Origin: Mayamaea pseudoterrestris
Taxonomy: Eukaryota
Assembly: GCA_027923505.1 (NCBI GenBank)
Contig: BROI01000014.1
Location: forward strand, 124,001-188,000
Length of the DNA stretch: 64,000 nucleotides
Direction: 5' to 3'
Shown piece after piece: positions 1 through 12,700 of the stretch (positions are counted from its first letter, which is position 1; each line of letters begins with the position of its first letter). The notes beneath the pieces were generated by a model. The model was not told where the DNA came from. It did no database searches and saw only the letters and a list, made by a program, of their open reading frames with translations. The translations under genes were made by a program, and so were the position numbers.

Positions 1-2190
1 CAATGCCTTCTGTTCAACAGCAAACGACACTGACATTAGGCAGCCACCTTGACACCATTAGCGGAGCGGCACAGTTGCTCGTCAACAAATGACCTTACCA
101 GTCTGCGGTGGATGGGCGTCCATGCAATTCCTACTACGCGCACAACATGACGACTCTTAAAAAACGTTGAAACATAACCGTGCTTTGCTTGCGAGTGCTC
201 TGGGAACCTGGAACACCACTATCATGTCCACGTACAAGAGACTTGCTTTTAAAAGCGGACCTTACAAGCAATTCGACCTTTATGTGGAGTCTGAGTCACC
301 ATGGAAGGAACGGAGCTCTTGCAGGTTAACAATTGGTATCAAGGCGCGGCAGCTGCTATTCGAGGACGACATGACAATCCATGCTGAGAATGCTATCAAC
401 AGATCCGGCTGTCGACGAAATGAGGCAAGAAGCCACTTACTGCAGACGAATCATGCAATGCCATGTTGATACTATCGCCGCAAACCTTGAGACAGCAGAC
501 ATGAACTTGCTCTGCTATGCGATCAGTCTTTCAAGAGGATGCAACTTTGAGAATTAGATGAAGAGCGTTGCAAATTGCTCCATCTTGCGTATGCTGAGAG
601 ACTTACAGGTCGGATCAAGTTGGCAATACTGACGGCGGTGGCGTCGTCTGTGGTTTCAAATGGCACCGCGAGCGGTTCTGCTTCTGTCCGCATGTTTGGC
701 GCAATGGGAAGCACGACGCCTACAAGCTCTCTGCCGACTGCCGGGCATGTCCGGCATCAACAAAATTAATGTGCACCATTTGCTATTCAACACGCATCAA
801 TCATAAAATACAAAATCTTCATTGTGCAGCCGATGCTGTGCTGAATTTTTTCAGCTGCTCAACCTGTAATGCAAACCTCCACTGCGGACCAATGCTTGTT
901 CGTGGTGCACTCTCAATACACTTGTGCATGCATTCATTGTTATGCCGACGCGTTGGAGAGCGGGCACGTTGCCGAATGGCTCTCCCGGTGCTCCGGAGTG
1001 GTTGCTAAGAGGTACTTGCAGTGCGTGGCATCCTGCATGGGTCTCCCTTTGAAATGCGTGCTTGTTAACTGGCGCTTGGGAGCAGCTCCTAGGCGTTGAC
1101 AACCTGAATGGCAAACATAAAAAGCCTGCTTAGCGCCAGTGCGTTGAGAGAGCAGCTCCTGCCATCGAAAATGCTGCTTTGAGTGCTTGAAATTCGATGA
1201 GATGATTTTTTACAACGTTTGCGATCGGTTTGGAGCACCGTTGGCTGGGTTGGCGGACTCATTTGGCGACAGGAACCAGCACGGGGCAGTCATTCATCGT
1301 GTTACAGGTGCATGTGGTGCTGCTGCTGCTGCTGCTGCGTGATCCGGTGGGAATGAGCTTTTTGATGTTGAACTTTGGCTATCTTGCCGAGCGAGAAGCT
1401 CACGAAGCGATAATCTCGCCTGTCGTTAACATGGGTACATTGATGTCAAACACACGTTGGGGGCTGAACAATGTCGCAATCAAGGCTCGGGTGACTTCCG
1501 TGCTGCATTCAAGGCTCACTATTCGCAGAATCCAGTGATGCAGCTTGCACAAGCCCTGTTCCCCCAGATAGGCGCTCAAGTTGTACTGGAGGTAAAAATA
1601 GTGGGTTGCGGCAAGAACTTGCTCCATATCGACATTGACTGCTTGAGAACAAAGTTCGAATTACAGCACACATGAGCGTTAAGTTTGTTAGGCAATGCAT
1701 GTACTCTCATGGATGATTTTGTCAAAAGCGATCATCACCGGGAACAGTGGGAGTCGTGACTAGAATGATCACCAACCCTAACGCATTGATGTGGTGCATG
1801 TAGAAGCAATCCCCTTATGGTGCAAGCTGACAATCAATTAAAAGTTCCAATGCACGAACCTTCCAGTGGCGACTCAGTCTCCATGGATGGAGGAGTCATG
1901 TTAAAGTCATCGACTTTGCCTCGCCAAGCCACGAGCAGAACCAAAAAGGCCTGGAAAAGCTCAATTTTAGAATGGGTTTTTATTATTGTTAGTTTTTAAC
2001 GTCTTTGACAAACCTCTGCCCCGATTATCTTAGTTTTATGCTCACAAAGAGCGTTTCCTTCGTTTCCAGTACAATCCTGCAAACCGCAATTGTCTACAAG
2101 ATAAATGCGGATCGAGGGCAGCAACGATCGTATTAAGGTCTTGCTATGGAGCGGCGCACCGGACCTTGATTTGGAATGTCTATCACTGCA

Positions 2191-2691
2191 CAAGAATGGC
2201 CATAAAATGCTCATTATATGTGCTACAACAACCTCCCAAAGCTCATCCGAACCGCAACTTAATGGTCTACAAGATTGTTGGAGTTCGACGGCGGGAATGA
2301 TCAGTAGTAACAAGTGCGGCCATTAATTGCTCATTATACGGGCTACAACAACCTCCCGTGGTTCATTCGAACCACATTGTAATAATTAACAAGATTATTG
2401 AAGTCAGACGGCGCCGAACTATTATTACAAAAAGGTCTATAAACTTGCTCATTATATGTGCTACAACAACCTCTCATAGCTCATTCACTGTCAAACCACA
2501 ATTCAATGGTCAACTAGGATTGTTGGTGTTCGATGATGGCGAATCTCAATAACAAGAATGGCCATTAAAAGCCCATTATACAAACCTCCCATGGCGCGCA
2601 TTCAAACCACAATGTTCAACATCAAAGTTCGGCGGCCAAAAAAACAAGAATGGCCATGAATGCTCATTATACGTGCTACAACACATCTCCC
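2191..2691 (+). repeat. Degenerate ~120-bp tandem satellite, left segment (~5 units)
   Basis: Core GCTCATTATA(T/C)GTGCTACAACAACCTCCC recurs at ~2209, 2329, 2447, 2571 and 2662. The intervening sequence is also homologous between units. Confidence 0.85.
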
Positions 2692-4840
2692 AGGACTGTG
2701 GAACAACGCGAACGACGACCGCGCACGATCGTGGACTACAGTTTCTTTGGCGTCATCGACGAATCCGTTCCGGTTGCACCATTCAAGTCAATGTACTTCG
2801 GCCGCGCCTTGCATCAGATCATGTATAACATTGTGCGAGCCAACCCTCGTTATGGGCGTCTATGTTGCCAAAATTGACATTGCCGACGGTTTCTACCGCA
2901 TCAGGCTACGCCCGGCCGACATACCAAAACTGGGCGTCCTCTTTCCCACGAGTCCTGGCAAAGAGCAACTCATCGCTTTTCCGCTCATGCTCCCCATGGG
3001 TTGGGTGCACTCGCCGCCATTCTTCACCTTGGCTACCAAGACGATCGCCAATGTTGCCAATGCCACGCCGCGCCACAATACCACAACGCACGCACCGGCT
3101 ATAAGCAGAGGCCGACACGCCACCTGCACCCGTGCCTGACGATCCGCGCGCCGACTCCGCCCCCAGCACAATGCTGCTGCCAGCCACATCCACGGCGACG
3201 TACTTTCAGCGCCCGGTTGGCCATCATGATTTGTATGTCAATGACTTTATCGGATTGTGCCAAGGCGGCTGGCAACGACAGCGCTAGTTACGCCATTATT
3301 TTTTCCACGCTCTCGATATGTGTTCCACCCGCTCCTGCCTTCTGACAATCCACATTGACAAGAGCCGGCCACTAGGAAGACAATCCTTGGTTGGGATATT
3401 GACACTGTCGCCAGCACCGTCACGCTCCCGCCTCACCGACTCGCGCGGCTCCACGCTATCCTTGAGTCAATCCCTCCCACGCGACAGCACCGGGTGGGAC
3501 ACAAAACTTGGCATAAAGTCTTGGGTGAGCTTCGCTCCATGTCGCTCGCGTTGCCGCCTGGTGTTCGGGGACTCTTCAGTTTGCTGCTGCAAGAGGCGTT
3601 CCGACACCCCCTCAAACACGCGGGGCGCCTGCACCTGAAACCCGCCGTGCACACGTTTCTCACCAACTTTCACGCCGTGGCACGTCGCCTCTCCGCACGA
3701 CCAACTCGAATCCTCGAAATGGTGCCTCAACCCACGGGCCCTCCGGCACGATGGATACAGCCAGCCATGGCATGGGTGGCGCCGTGTTCTTCAGTCGCCG
3801 CATGCGACCTTTCATGTGGCGCCATCCTTTCACGCCACTCATCCAATCCAAATTGGTGGCCAGCAACAATAGCAAATTGGAACTGGCCGGCAGCGTCGCA
3901 CATCACGATGTCATCGCTCAATTGGCCGATGTGGCCCTCCATGACAACATCACCGCCATCAGCTGGCAACAATGCAGCTCCACCACCACAGTCGGTCCGG
4001 CCGCACTTCTCCGCCTACAAAGCTGGCACCAACGCCACTGTCGCTACGTCCCGCGATACGTTACGTTCCGGGGCCCTGCAACGTCATGGCCGATGACGCG
4101 TCACGTCTCTGGGAATTATAAGACAACGAGTTTCCAATCCTGCATCTTCGCGCAGCTCTTCCGAATGGGAGACATCGCACCCGCGGTCAACCCGTCCGGG
4201 CAAGCACCATGGATGACGTTATTCGTGCCGTCGGTCAAGCGTTCGCCCTCATGGGGATCCGCGACTTTCTCCTCCGCCCCGGTGAGTACACTGGCGTCAC
4301 AGTCGACTTGGAACCCTTTCGCGGTTTTGTGACGTTCAGTTGTTCCACGCTGGCGGCATCATGAATCTCGCCACTGCACACGCGCCAGACTTGGCACGCT
4401 CCATCGACTGCAGCTTTACTTTCACCACACAAATGAATGGTAAACGCGGGGAGGTCGTCGCCCACGGCGTCACTGGCAACCCCCTTTCTGCCCCACTCGC
4501 ACTATCATTAGCCGCCTACTTCACCTCCACGCCCGCTCCGCGCCCGCGCGGCCACCGTCTTTCTCCCGGAACCCTACGCGCTCCGCTCCGGGACATCACC
4601 ACGGCACTCCGCGACACCGTGGTGTTGCTCAGCCCCGTGCTGGGCATTCTGCCTACTGACTTCAACTCAGCTCGCTTCGCGCCGGCGGCGTCTAGCCAAC
4701 TTCTCTCCTTTTACGTGGACTCCGACCGCATACGCCTCATTGGTCGTTGGCACTCTGACGCCAAGCTAAGATACCTCCACGATCAAACCCTGCCCTCCAT
4801 GCACCACTACGCCCACCTCATGGTCGCTGGCGGCCACTTA
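2692..4840 (+). mobile_element. Decayed, 5'-truncated tyrosine-recombinase retrotransposon (DIRS/Ngaro-like): RT, RNase H, YR
   Basis: Frameshifted pieces in the order RT (RRPRTIVDYS; KIDIADGFYRI; LPMGWVHSPPFF; YVND in place of YVDD at ~3234), RNase H (DTASHGMGG; NNSKLELAG; DNITAISW), then YR (FLLRPGEY at ~4268; RIRLIGRWHSDAKLRYLH). Confidence 0.85.
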
Positions 4841-4939
4841 AATGATATTATCAATTATTATGTTTATCTCATGTAATTCTCGCGCCGTCTCGCGCTCTGT
4901 CCAAGCCCTATATAGAATTCATTGTTCATAGAATAATGC

Positions 4940-5405
4940 AGTTACTATACGTGCTACAACAACTTCCCGTGGCCTATTTAAACGACAATTTAATATTAAC
5001 AAGATTGTTGGAGTCCGACGCCACCGAACTATCATTAACAAAATATTGCCCATAAAATGCTTTTTATACGAGCGAAAACAACCTCTCATAGCTCATTCGA
5101 ACCAAAATCTAATGCTACAACACAAAGGTTTATCATCGGAGTTTGGCGGCCAAACAATAAAAGGTATGACCAAAAATTTAAATTACTTATAGCTCATTCA
5201 AACCACAATTCAATGGTCAACTCAATTCTTGGTTTGTGATGGTGGCGAATGCTCAAAAACAAGAATATTCATGAAGTCATTGTGGCGAATGCTCAATAAC
5301 AAGAATATTCATTTAATGCTTATTGTACGTGATAAATTAACCTCCCATGGCGCATTCGATCCCAAAGGTTTATTATCATGTTCTAAAAGCTCATTCGAAC
5401 AGCAA
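4940..5405 (+). repeat. Continuation of the same satellite (forward orientation), AT-rich
   Basis: ATACGTGCTACAACAACTTCCC at ~4948, ACAACCTCTCATAGCTCATTCGAACC at ~5078, and further degenerate copies to ~5400. Confidence 0.75.
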
Positions 5406-5569
5406 ATCTTTTATACTCATTATGCCACATTCGACTTCGTGTGGTCTTAAGTCAAGAAAATGCAGATTTGGATCGCCGGCTAACAATCGCATGAATTACT
5501 AGCCTTTATTTATCCTGGCGTTAATAGTGGTGACTGTAAAAAACTCAGTATCGTCGTTGGTAATTGAGC

Positions 5570-6175
5570 TAGCTTTAGATTCAAACCGGCAGAAAACAAT
5601 AGAAATTTTTAAATGAGCTATAAGAGGTTGAAGTAGCACGTTCAACAATCGTTTAGCTCATTGAATTGCGGTTTTATTGAGCTATCAGAGGTTGTTGTAG
5701 CACATGGATTTAATGGCTACCCTTGTTGTTGTTTGCACGCCGAACTCCGATGATGAACATTCAGATTCGAAAGCGCCATGGGAGGTTTGTTGTATCACGG
5801 TATAATAAGCATTCTATGGCCGCGATTGTTATTTAGCATTTGCCGCAATCGAACACAACAATCTATTTGACCATTTAATTATGGTTTGACTCAGCTATGA
5901 GAGGTTGTTGTTGCACGTTTTAAGAGGATTTTATGGCCATTCTTGTTTATGATTGTTCGGCGCTGTAAATTTTTGTTCGAATCAGCCCTGGGAGACTGTT
6001 GTAGCACGTATAATGAGCATTTAAGCTATGGGAGGTTGTTGTAGCACAGATAATGAGTATTTTACGGCCATTCTTGTGAATGATAGTTTGGTTCCCGTCG
6101 GACTCCAACAATCTTGATGGTCACATTGTATTGTGGTTCAAATGAGCCACGGGAGGTTGCTGTAGCACGTTAAAT
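5570..6175 (-). repeat. Same satellite in inverted orientation (right arm of a fold-back)
   Basis: Reverse-complement core GGGAGGTTGTTGTAGCACGTATAATGAGC, in degenerate copies at ~5620, 5685, 5780, 5898, 5990, 6030 and 6150. Confidence 0.85.
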
Positions 6176-8296
6176 GATCCATTACCTTAACCCTAGTGCG
6201 CGTCCATCGCGATAAGCGAACAGCGCCCCATGGAATCCACCTAGCCTTGCCACCACCTGCTGCCGGTCCCAAAAGTTACGAAGCAGCCGGCACACTTGCG
6301 GTCCTACTCCATATCTTTTGTTCTATTGCGATCCAGCGTGTTGTGGAGTCAATGAAGATCTTGTAAAGCGGCGTCTGCTCAATTGCAGCAACTTCATTAA
6401 TAATGCTCGAGATCACTTTCCACACAACGTCCAATAGCCCGAAATCCCCCGATGGCTTTCACCCGTCATAAAAGCGCCAATTACCTTGTCCCAGTTACGC
6501 CGGCTTGTGAATTCTTCCCTTTGTGTGCAGGCCACGCCTTGAGGTCATCTGCACGCAGCCCGGACGGACCTGGCTATTTGCCAGATCGAAGGCGTGTGAC
6601 GGCCGACGCAATTTCCTTCGCGGAAGGCATGGTCACGGACTCAAAGGTGCAAAGGATGAAAAGATTGAGCTATGATGCATGGAAGCCGCTTTCGAGTCCT
6701 CCGAGACGAGTCTACAGGATACTAGCGACAAGGAACTGAATTAAACACCTTATAAAGCTCTTAGCGCACGGCGTACATACTGACTGAGTGGTCCTCGGTA
6801 ATTACTCTCTCAAGGCAATTTCAGCAACGCATACGCCGCCTAGAGCACCCATCAGTCCGTGTAACGGACGGATAAATAAGCCGGGAAACAAGAACATTTG
6901 GTTTCTAAAACGGAGCTCAGTTAATTCATCGGTTACGCCGAGTTACATTCCACTGACACTTATTTCGTGTGGAACCCCTCAACGTATCACCAGAAACGTC
7001 AAGATTGCGCGCACATCCCTTCGAATTCGAATGCTAATAAAGGAGAGACGAGCGACAGTGCAGTCGAGCGACAGCAACAAGGAGGATCGACCAAGTGATG
7101 GAGATTCACTCCCTCAAGACGGCTCCTCCAAGTCGAGTACCGATGGAAACTATCACACATCTCAGGAGGGAATTTGCACCTAGAGTCAATCATTTGCCGC
7201 CTCCTTTGCTTCCTGTTAACAGTCGTTTACAAAGAAAGCAATGCAGATTAGATTCGGCGCAGGATTCATCGTCTGTAATGAAAAAGTCGAACGTTAGCGG
7301 CGGTGCGAGTGTCGGAGCCAGTCGAGCGTGACACAAGCACATCATCAATCAACCTCACGATGCCTCAAGTTGCCAGCGGGCTGCTGTCGCAACCAAAGCA
7401 AGTTGTCTCCCTTTGGCTAGTAATGCAAAGGAGCTCATCAAGAGGAGAAGATTCTATGAGGACCATCACCGTTTGAGGAATACGACAAGTTCATGAGACG
7501 AGACGCGTGGATTGTCGAGAGCCGCTAAAGGACCGCAAGTTGCTACAACCCAGGGGCTCATACTGGGCCTCTTGACGACGGATTTGATCTGAGTACGAGC
7601 TGGACAAGGTTGAGTACGTTACGCTGCGGTGGACTGGTCCAGGCACCAGTGTACGTAAGTACAGCCTCCTGTCTGTTAGGTGATTACACCATCCGCCTTT
7701 AAGTGAATCATATGAGGTACTAAAGGACATATAGAAGTAACGGTGCTGTGACCACTACAACATACTTGTGGTGAGGTAGGGGTTAATGGTGGTAACTCCA
7801 AGATGTGTCGGCTCAGCGTCTCCGAAGGACGAATCTTCAAATAACATTTGTATCCCTCAAACACACCATGAACAGGTTTCATAGCTATTCCAATATTATT
7901 TTACAGTACCTGTTTGATGATAGCCGATTCTGCTTGCCGAAGAAGGCGGTGGATGGAGGGGTAGTATGTATTTTGTGTCGATGCATTTTCGTTGTATTGC
8001 CGTCCAGCAACCAATGAACCGTCGGTAGGGTAGGGGTATGGACTTTTTGGTGCTTTCGCTCCTTGTTAGCTTGTTGCATGAACGTCTTGGAACCTATTAA
8101 TGTTGTCAAGTTTGGACCAAGGGAAGGACCGAAGAATAGTTATCGTCACACACGCGTCGTAGCGGGAATGATATGATGACACAATCGGCGGAGCGCTGAC
8201 TCACACCTTCACCGATGGACAATGGTTCATTGACGAGATTGCAAGCACTCCGTGTAATTACACTACTGTACCTTCCATTCTTCGTTAAACTAAAAC

Positions 8297-8991
8297 ATGC
8301 GAGTCTTCGCTCTTCTTACCGTCCTTCCAGTCGTTGCTGCTTTCTCTTCATCGTTCACGTCGACGAGTCGGGTGGCCTGCCCATCCAACTCAAACAACTT
8401 GTCGATGGAGTATATCCGTGAGTGGCGCGATGCAAAAGTGTGACTGTGTTACTTTCGATGTTGCTTACTTCATCATTCCTTTTTGCGTGCCTTCCAGCTG
8501 CTGGCATGTCAAAAGATCAGTGGCGCAAGATCAAGGAGGCCGAAAAATCGAAAACCAAAGGAAAGAATTTGGGTGCTCAAGGCATTACGACGTTCAAGTC
8601 GAGAAGCTTTTATGATTGGCAGAAGAGTGGTGGTGTAAATCTATTTCCGGTAGATCCCACAAAGGCGAAAGATCCAAGCGAGCTGCCATACATGTGAGTG
8701 ATATTGCAGCTTGCGTACGCGGCATCATTAATTTGGGAACCTATGCATGGAATCTTCAATACTTTTGTGTCATATTGTCGACTTTTGTTTCTTTCACTGC
8801 TGACTGATGATCATGAACATTCTATAAGCTGATCCCCGTTCTCACTCTTTAGGCAACGGCCTGGTGGTAAACCAGACAACTCGGACCTGAAGAAGAAAAA
8901 TCCATTCGGCTTTTTTGGCAATACAAAGAAAAAGGCAGAAGCTGTGGAGGCAGAAAAGCCTCCGTCTACAAACTGGTGGACACTTAAGTAA
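8297..8991 (+). CDS. Small, probably plastid-targeted hypothetical protein; 3 exons (8297-8417, 8498-8693, 8853-8991)
   Basis: Signal peptide MRVFALLTVLPVVAA-F followed by a Ser/Thr-rich transit-like stretch. GTGAGT...AG introns at 8418-8497 and 8694-8852 join in frame (MEYIPAGMSK...LPYMQRPGGKPD...NWWTLK*). Confidence 0.8.
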
Positions 8992-9735
8992 TGCGGGAGA
9001 TGTCCAGAGCTTTTGTTTGCATCTACTAACAAGTCAGTGCAGAACCTGCTTAAGCAATACATAGTCTAAGCATGTCTGTTTTTCAATACCTAAAAGGGTA
9101 TGATAGTTGCAGCTTTAGTCGCTATAATTATTATGGCTGTACTTTCTTCTTGCCGCCGCGCGACGCACGATCGAATCCGACTTCGAAACAAGCTCAAGAA
9201 TACTAGTCGTCAGACGAAGCAACTGTTGCTCGCTATCACGAGGGTGATCGCCTTTATAGTGATGGTTGCCGCTGCCGGCACTGCTGTGAGGTGCGCGACG
9301 TCTCCCACCATCGGCATGTTAATGTTTTTGGCCGCATGTGTTTTCCTTTAATCGGAGTGCAGTGTACATTTGGTAGCAACGACCGTTCCACGCACACGAC
9401 AAATCTCCTTGATAATTTACTGTTAGTAGTAATGACCTATCGGTTGACGAAGTGTGAGAACAACGCCAGGTTCTGGTAAACTTGACGCCATGCGTTTGAC
9501 CATGCGCCTCGAACGTTTCACAAAGTGTGGTACTACATTGCGCTATTACGGTTCAACGACTATCAACTCCAAAGATGAGCATGTCAACTGAAGATATACA
9601 CATTCAAACGCTCGATTGTGCATGTGTGTGCTCGTGTAGTAGAATCTCGATGGCAGTCTCAACTTTTTCTTTGCCCCATCATTTGTTTCTCGAGCACACA
9701 CAATTGGACAATCGTAAGCAATAAAGAACCAAAAT

Positions 9736-12700
9736 ATGAAACTTGCGAGTATCTTAGCCGTCTTGACTGGGATGTTCCGCGCCAAGGACGGCATGGCTGT
9801 CGACTCCGAGAGCACCATGGAGACGGAGATGTGGACTCGATTTGTCCAAGAAAATGGCTCCTTCGGTTCGATTCCCACTTCCGTTCCAATCACTACCGCA
9901 CCATCCGCCCTTGGGCCTGGAGCTGGCTCGCCGATTCCGACTGCAAAGGTAACGACGAGTCCATCTGCCGTCGCTGCTCCTGTACCAACGCAAGAACATC
10001 CTACCATGTTGCCGGCTCTCCCCACGGCTTTTCCACCTTTTCCGCCAACATTTTCAACGAAAGCCCCAACAACGGGCAGACAAGGTCCAACGACAAATCC
10101 GACTCGCATTTTGTCAAAGATTCCAACTCTTTTGCCCAGCGTTATCACCCAGCCTTCTCGCTCGCCTTCCCCTCATGTCCAAGTTTTGCCCAGTACGCAG
10201 CCATCTTCAAGTCCAGCTTTGGTACCTTCGGGTGTACAGTTGCCGACATTGCTGCCTTCACCGACGAGCCAACCAGCAAGAGCAAGTATCCCGCCAGTCC
10301 AACCAGAAATTCCTTCTGCCACAGTTGTGCCAACGACTCAATTGCCTGGATCGCCTGCTCCTGTTCCACCATCAGTTATTAGTCAAGCTCCAGCGCTTCC
10401 CAGTGTTCCACCAGTCCAAGTAGAAGTTCCCTTCGCCACAATGGTGCCAACGATTCAATTGCCTGGATCGCCCGCTCCTGTTCCGCCAGTTGTGCAGGCT
10501 CCATCGACAAGTCAGCCTTCTATCAGTAGTCAAGCTCCAGCCCTTCCCAGTGTCCAAGCACCCTTTACAATGCAGCCGTCTGCAGTAAGTCAAGCACCAG
10601 CAGTCCCTAGTCCGCAAATGCCAACGGCACAGCCATTTGCAATCAGTCGAGCACCGATTGGCCCGAGTGCTAAAGCTCCTACAACGCAGCCATCAGCTAT
10701 CAGTCGACAAATTCCATCAGCACAACCAACTGCAAGCAGACAAGCACCTATTGTCCCAAGTGTAAAAGCTCCAACCATACAGCCGTCAGCCATCAGTCGA
10801 GCACCGGTTCCAAGTGTGCAAGCTCCAACAGTTCCGAGTGCCCAAGCTCCAACGACACAGCCATCTAATGTCAGTCAAGCACCGGCAGTACCAACCATAC
10901 AGGCCCCGACCGTCCCCAGTATTCAGGCTCCAACGACGCTGCCACCTATCGTTAGTCCTGTTCTAGCGATGCCAAGTGTTCATTTTCCAACAGCAACGAC
11001 ACAGCCGTCTGCCATCACCTTTGCTCCAGTAATTCCTAGCGTGCAAGCTCCAGCCACACAGCCATCGGTCATCGGTCCAAAACCTGCGGCGCCAAGCGTT
11101 CAAACCCCGACAGCAACGGCCCGGCCATCGGAACTTACTCTTGCTCCGGCGGTTCCTATAGTCAGCGTTCCAACAATACAGCCGTCATCTGTGACTGCTC
11201 CGCCTGCCCAGGCTGAGGTTCCAACTTCTGTCACATCAGAACCAACGACGCAATTGCCTGGATCACTAGTTCCTGTTGCGCCAAGTGTAGGAGCTCCTAG
11301 TGCAGTTCAGCCATCTACAATCAGTCAGACGCCATTCGTTCCTGGTGTCAAAGGTCCTACGGCGCAACCCTCAGCGTTTAGTCAGGGTTCAACAATTCCA
11401 AGTGGCCAGACTCCAAGCGCGCCGCCGCCTACTAGTCAAGCCCCAGCAGTCCAAGCTCCAACTACTCAGCCTCTCCCCACGCAAGGTCCGCCCGTTACTA
11501 GTATTCAATTTCCGACGGTGGTACCATCGTCTGCGATCAGCCAGGCTCCAGTGATTCCTAGTGGGCAAGCTCCGACATTGTTAGCGCCGTCTGCTGTTAG
11601 CCACGCGCCAGCCACTCCAAGCGTTCAAGTTCCAACGACAACACCGTCTACTATTCAAGCTCCCGCGCTACCAAGTGTACAAGCTCCAACTGCAGTCCAG
11701 CCGTCAGTGACCAGTCAGCCACAGGGCATACCCAGTGCTCAGGCTCCAAATACACAGCCGCCCACGGTCATCCAACCTCCAGCACTTCCTAGTGTACAAG
11801 CTCCAACTGCAGTCCAGCCGTCAGTGACCAGTCAGCCACAGGGCATACCCAGTGCTCAGGCTCCAAATACACAGCCGCCCACGGTCATCCAAGCTCCAGC
11901 ACTTCCTAGTGTACAAGCTCCAACTGCAGTCCAGCCGTCAGTGACCAGTCAGCCACAGGGCATACCCAGTGCTCAGGCTCCAAATACACAGCCGCCCACG
12001 GTCATCCAAGCTCCAGCACTTCCTAGTGTACAAGCTCCAACTGCAGTCCAGCCGTCAGTGACCAGTCAGCCACAGGGCATACCCAGTGCTCAGGCTCCAA
12101 ATACACAGCCGCCCACGGTCATCCAACCTCCAGCACTTCCTAGTGTACAAGCTCCAACTGCAGTCCAGCCGTCAGTGACCAGTCAGCCACAGGGCATACC
12201 CAGTGCTCAGGCTCCAAATACACAGCCGCCCACGATCCTCCAAGCTCCAGCACTTCCTAGTGTACAAGTTCCGACAACACAGGCGCCTATCATCAGTCGA
12301 GGTCCGACTCTGCCGACCATTTTCACCAGATCTCCGGTGGCTCCAAGTGCCGGAGTACCAACGCTGATAAGTCAATTCCCGGTGGTGCCCAGTGTACAAA
12401 GACCGACAATACAACCATCGCTTGCACAAACTCTTCCGGTAGTTCCGACATCTGTAACTCGAACGCCAACAACGCAGCAGCCTGGATCGCCGAGTGCTAT
12501 TACTTTAGCACCAATTTTGAGTCATGCTCCAGTGCTTCCAAGCTTTAAAGCTCCGACAGCGCAACCGTCGGCCATAACTACGTCGCCAGCCGTTCCAAGT
12601 GTGCAGGCTCCAACTCAAGCACAGCCGTCAGTGGTGAGTCCAGCTCCAGTCACAACTATATTGCCTGCCATGCCACAGAGTCAAGCGCCTATCAGTTCGC

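Noticed and set aside
1..2100. Short ORFs, possibly a decayed gene or TE
   Set aside because: Frames are stop-ridden with no motif I can recognise.
2191..2691. CRISPR-like repeat-spacer pattern
   Set aside because: The sequences between the conserved cores are homologous to each other, so this is a degenerate satellite.
6186..7786. piggyBac-like ends (TTAACCCT at ~6188, GGGGTTAA at ~7779) or telomere seeds
   Set aside because: The inverted match does not extend beyond a few bases, no transposase is seen, and the motifs are single copies.
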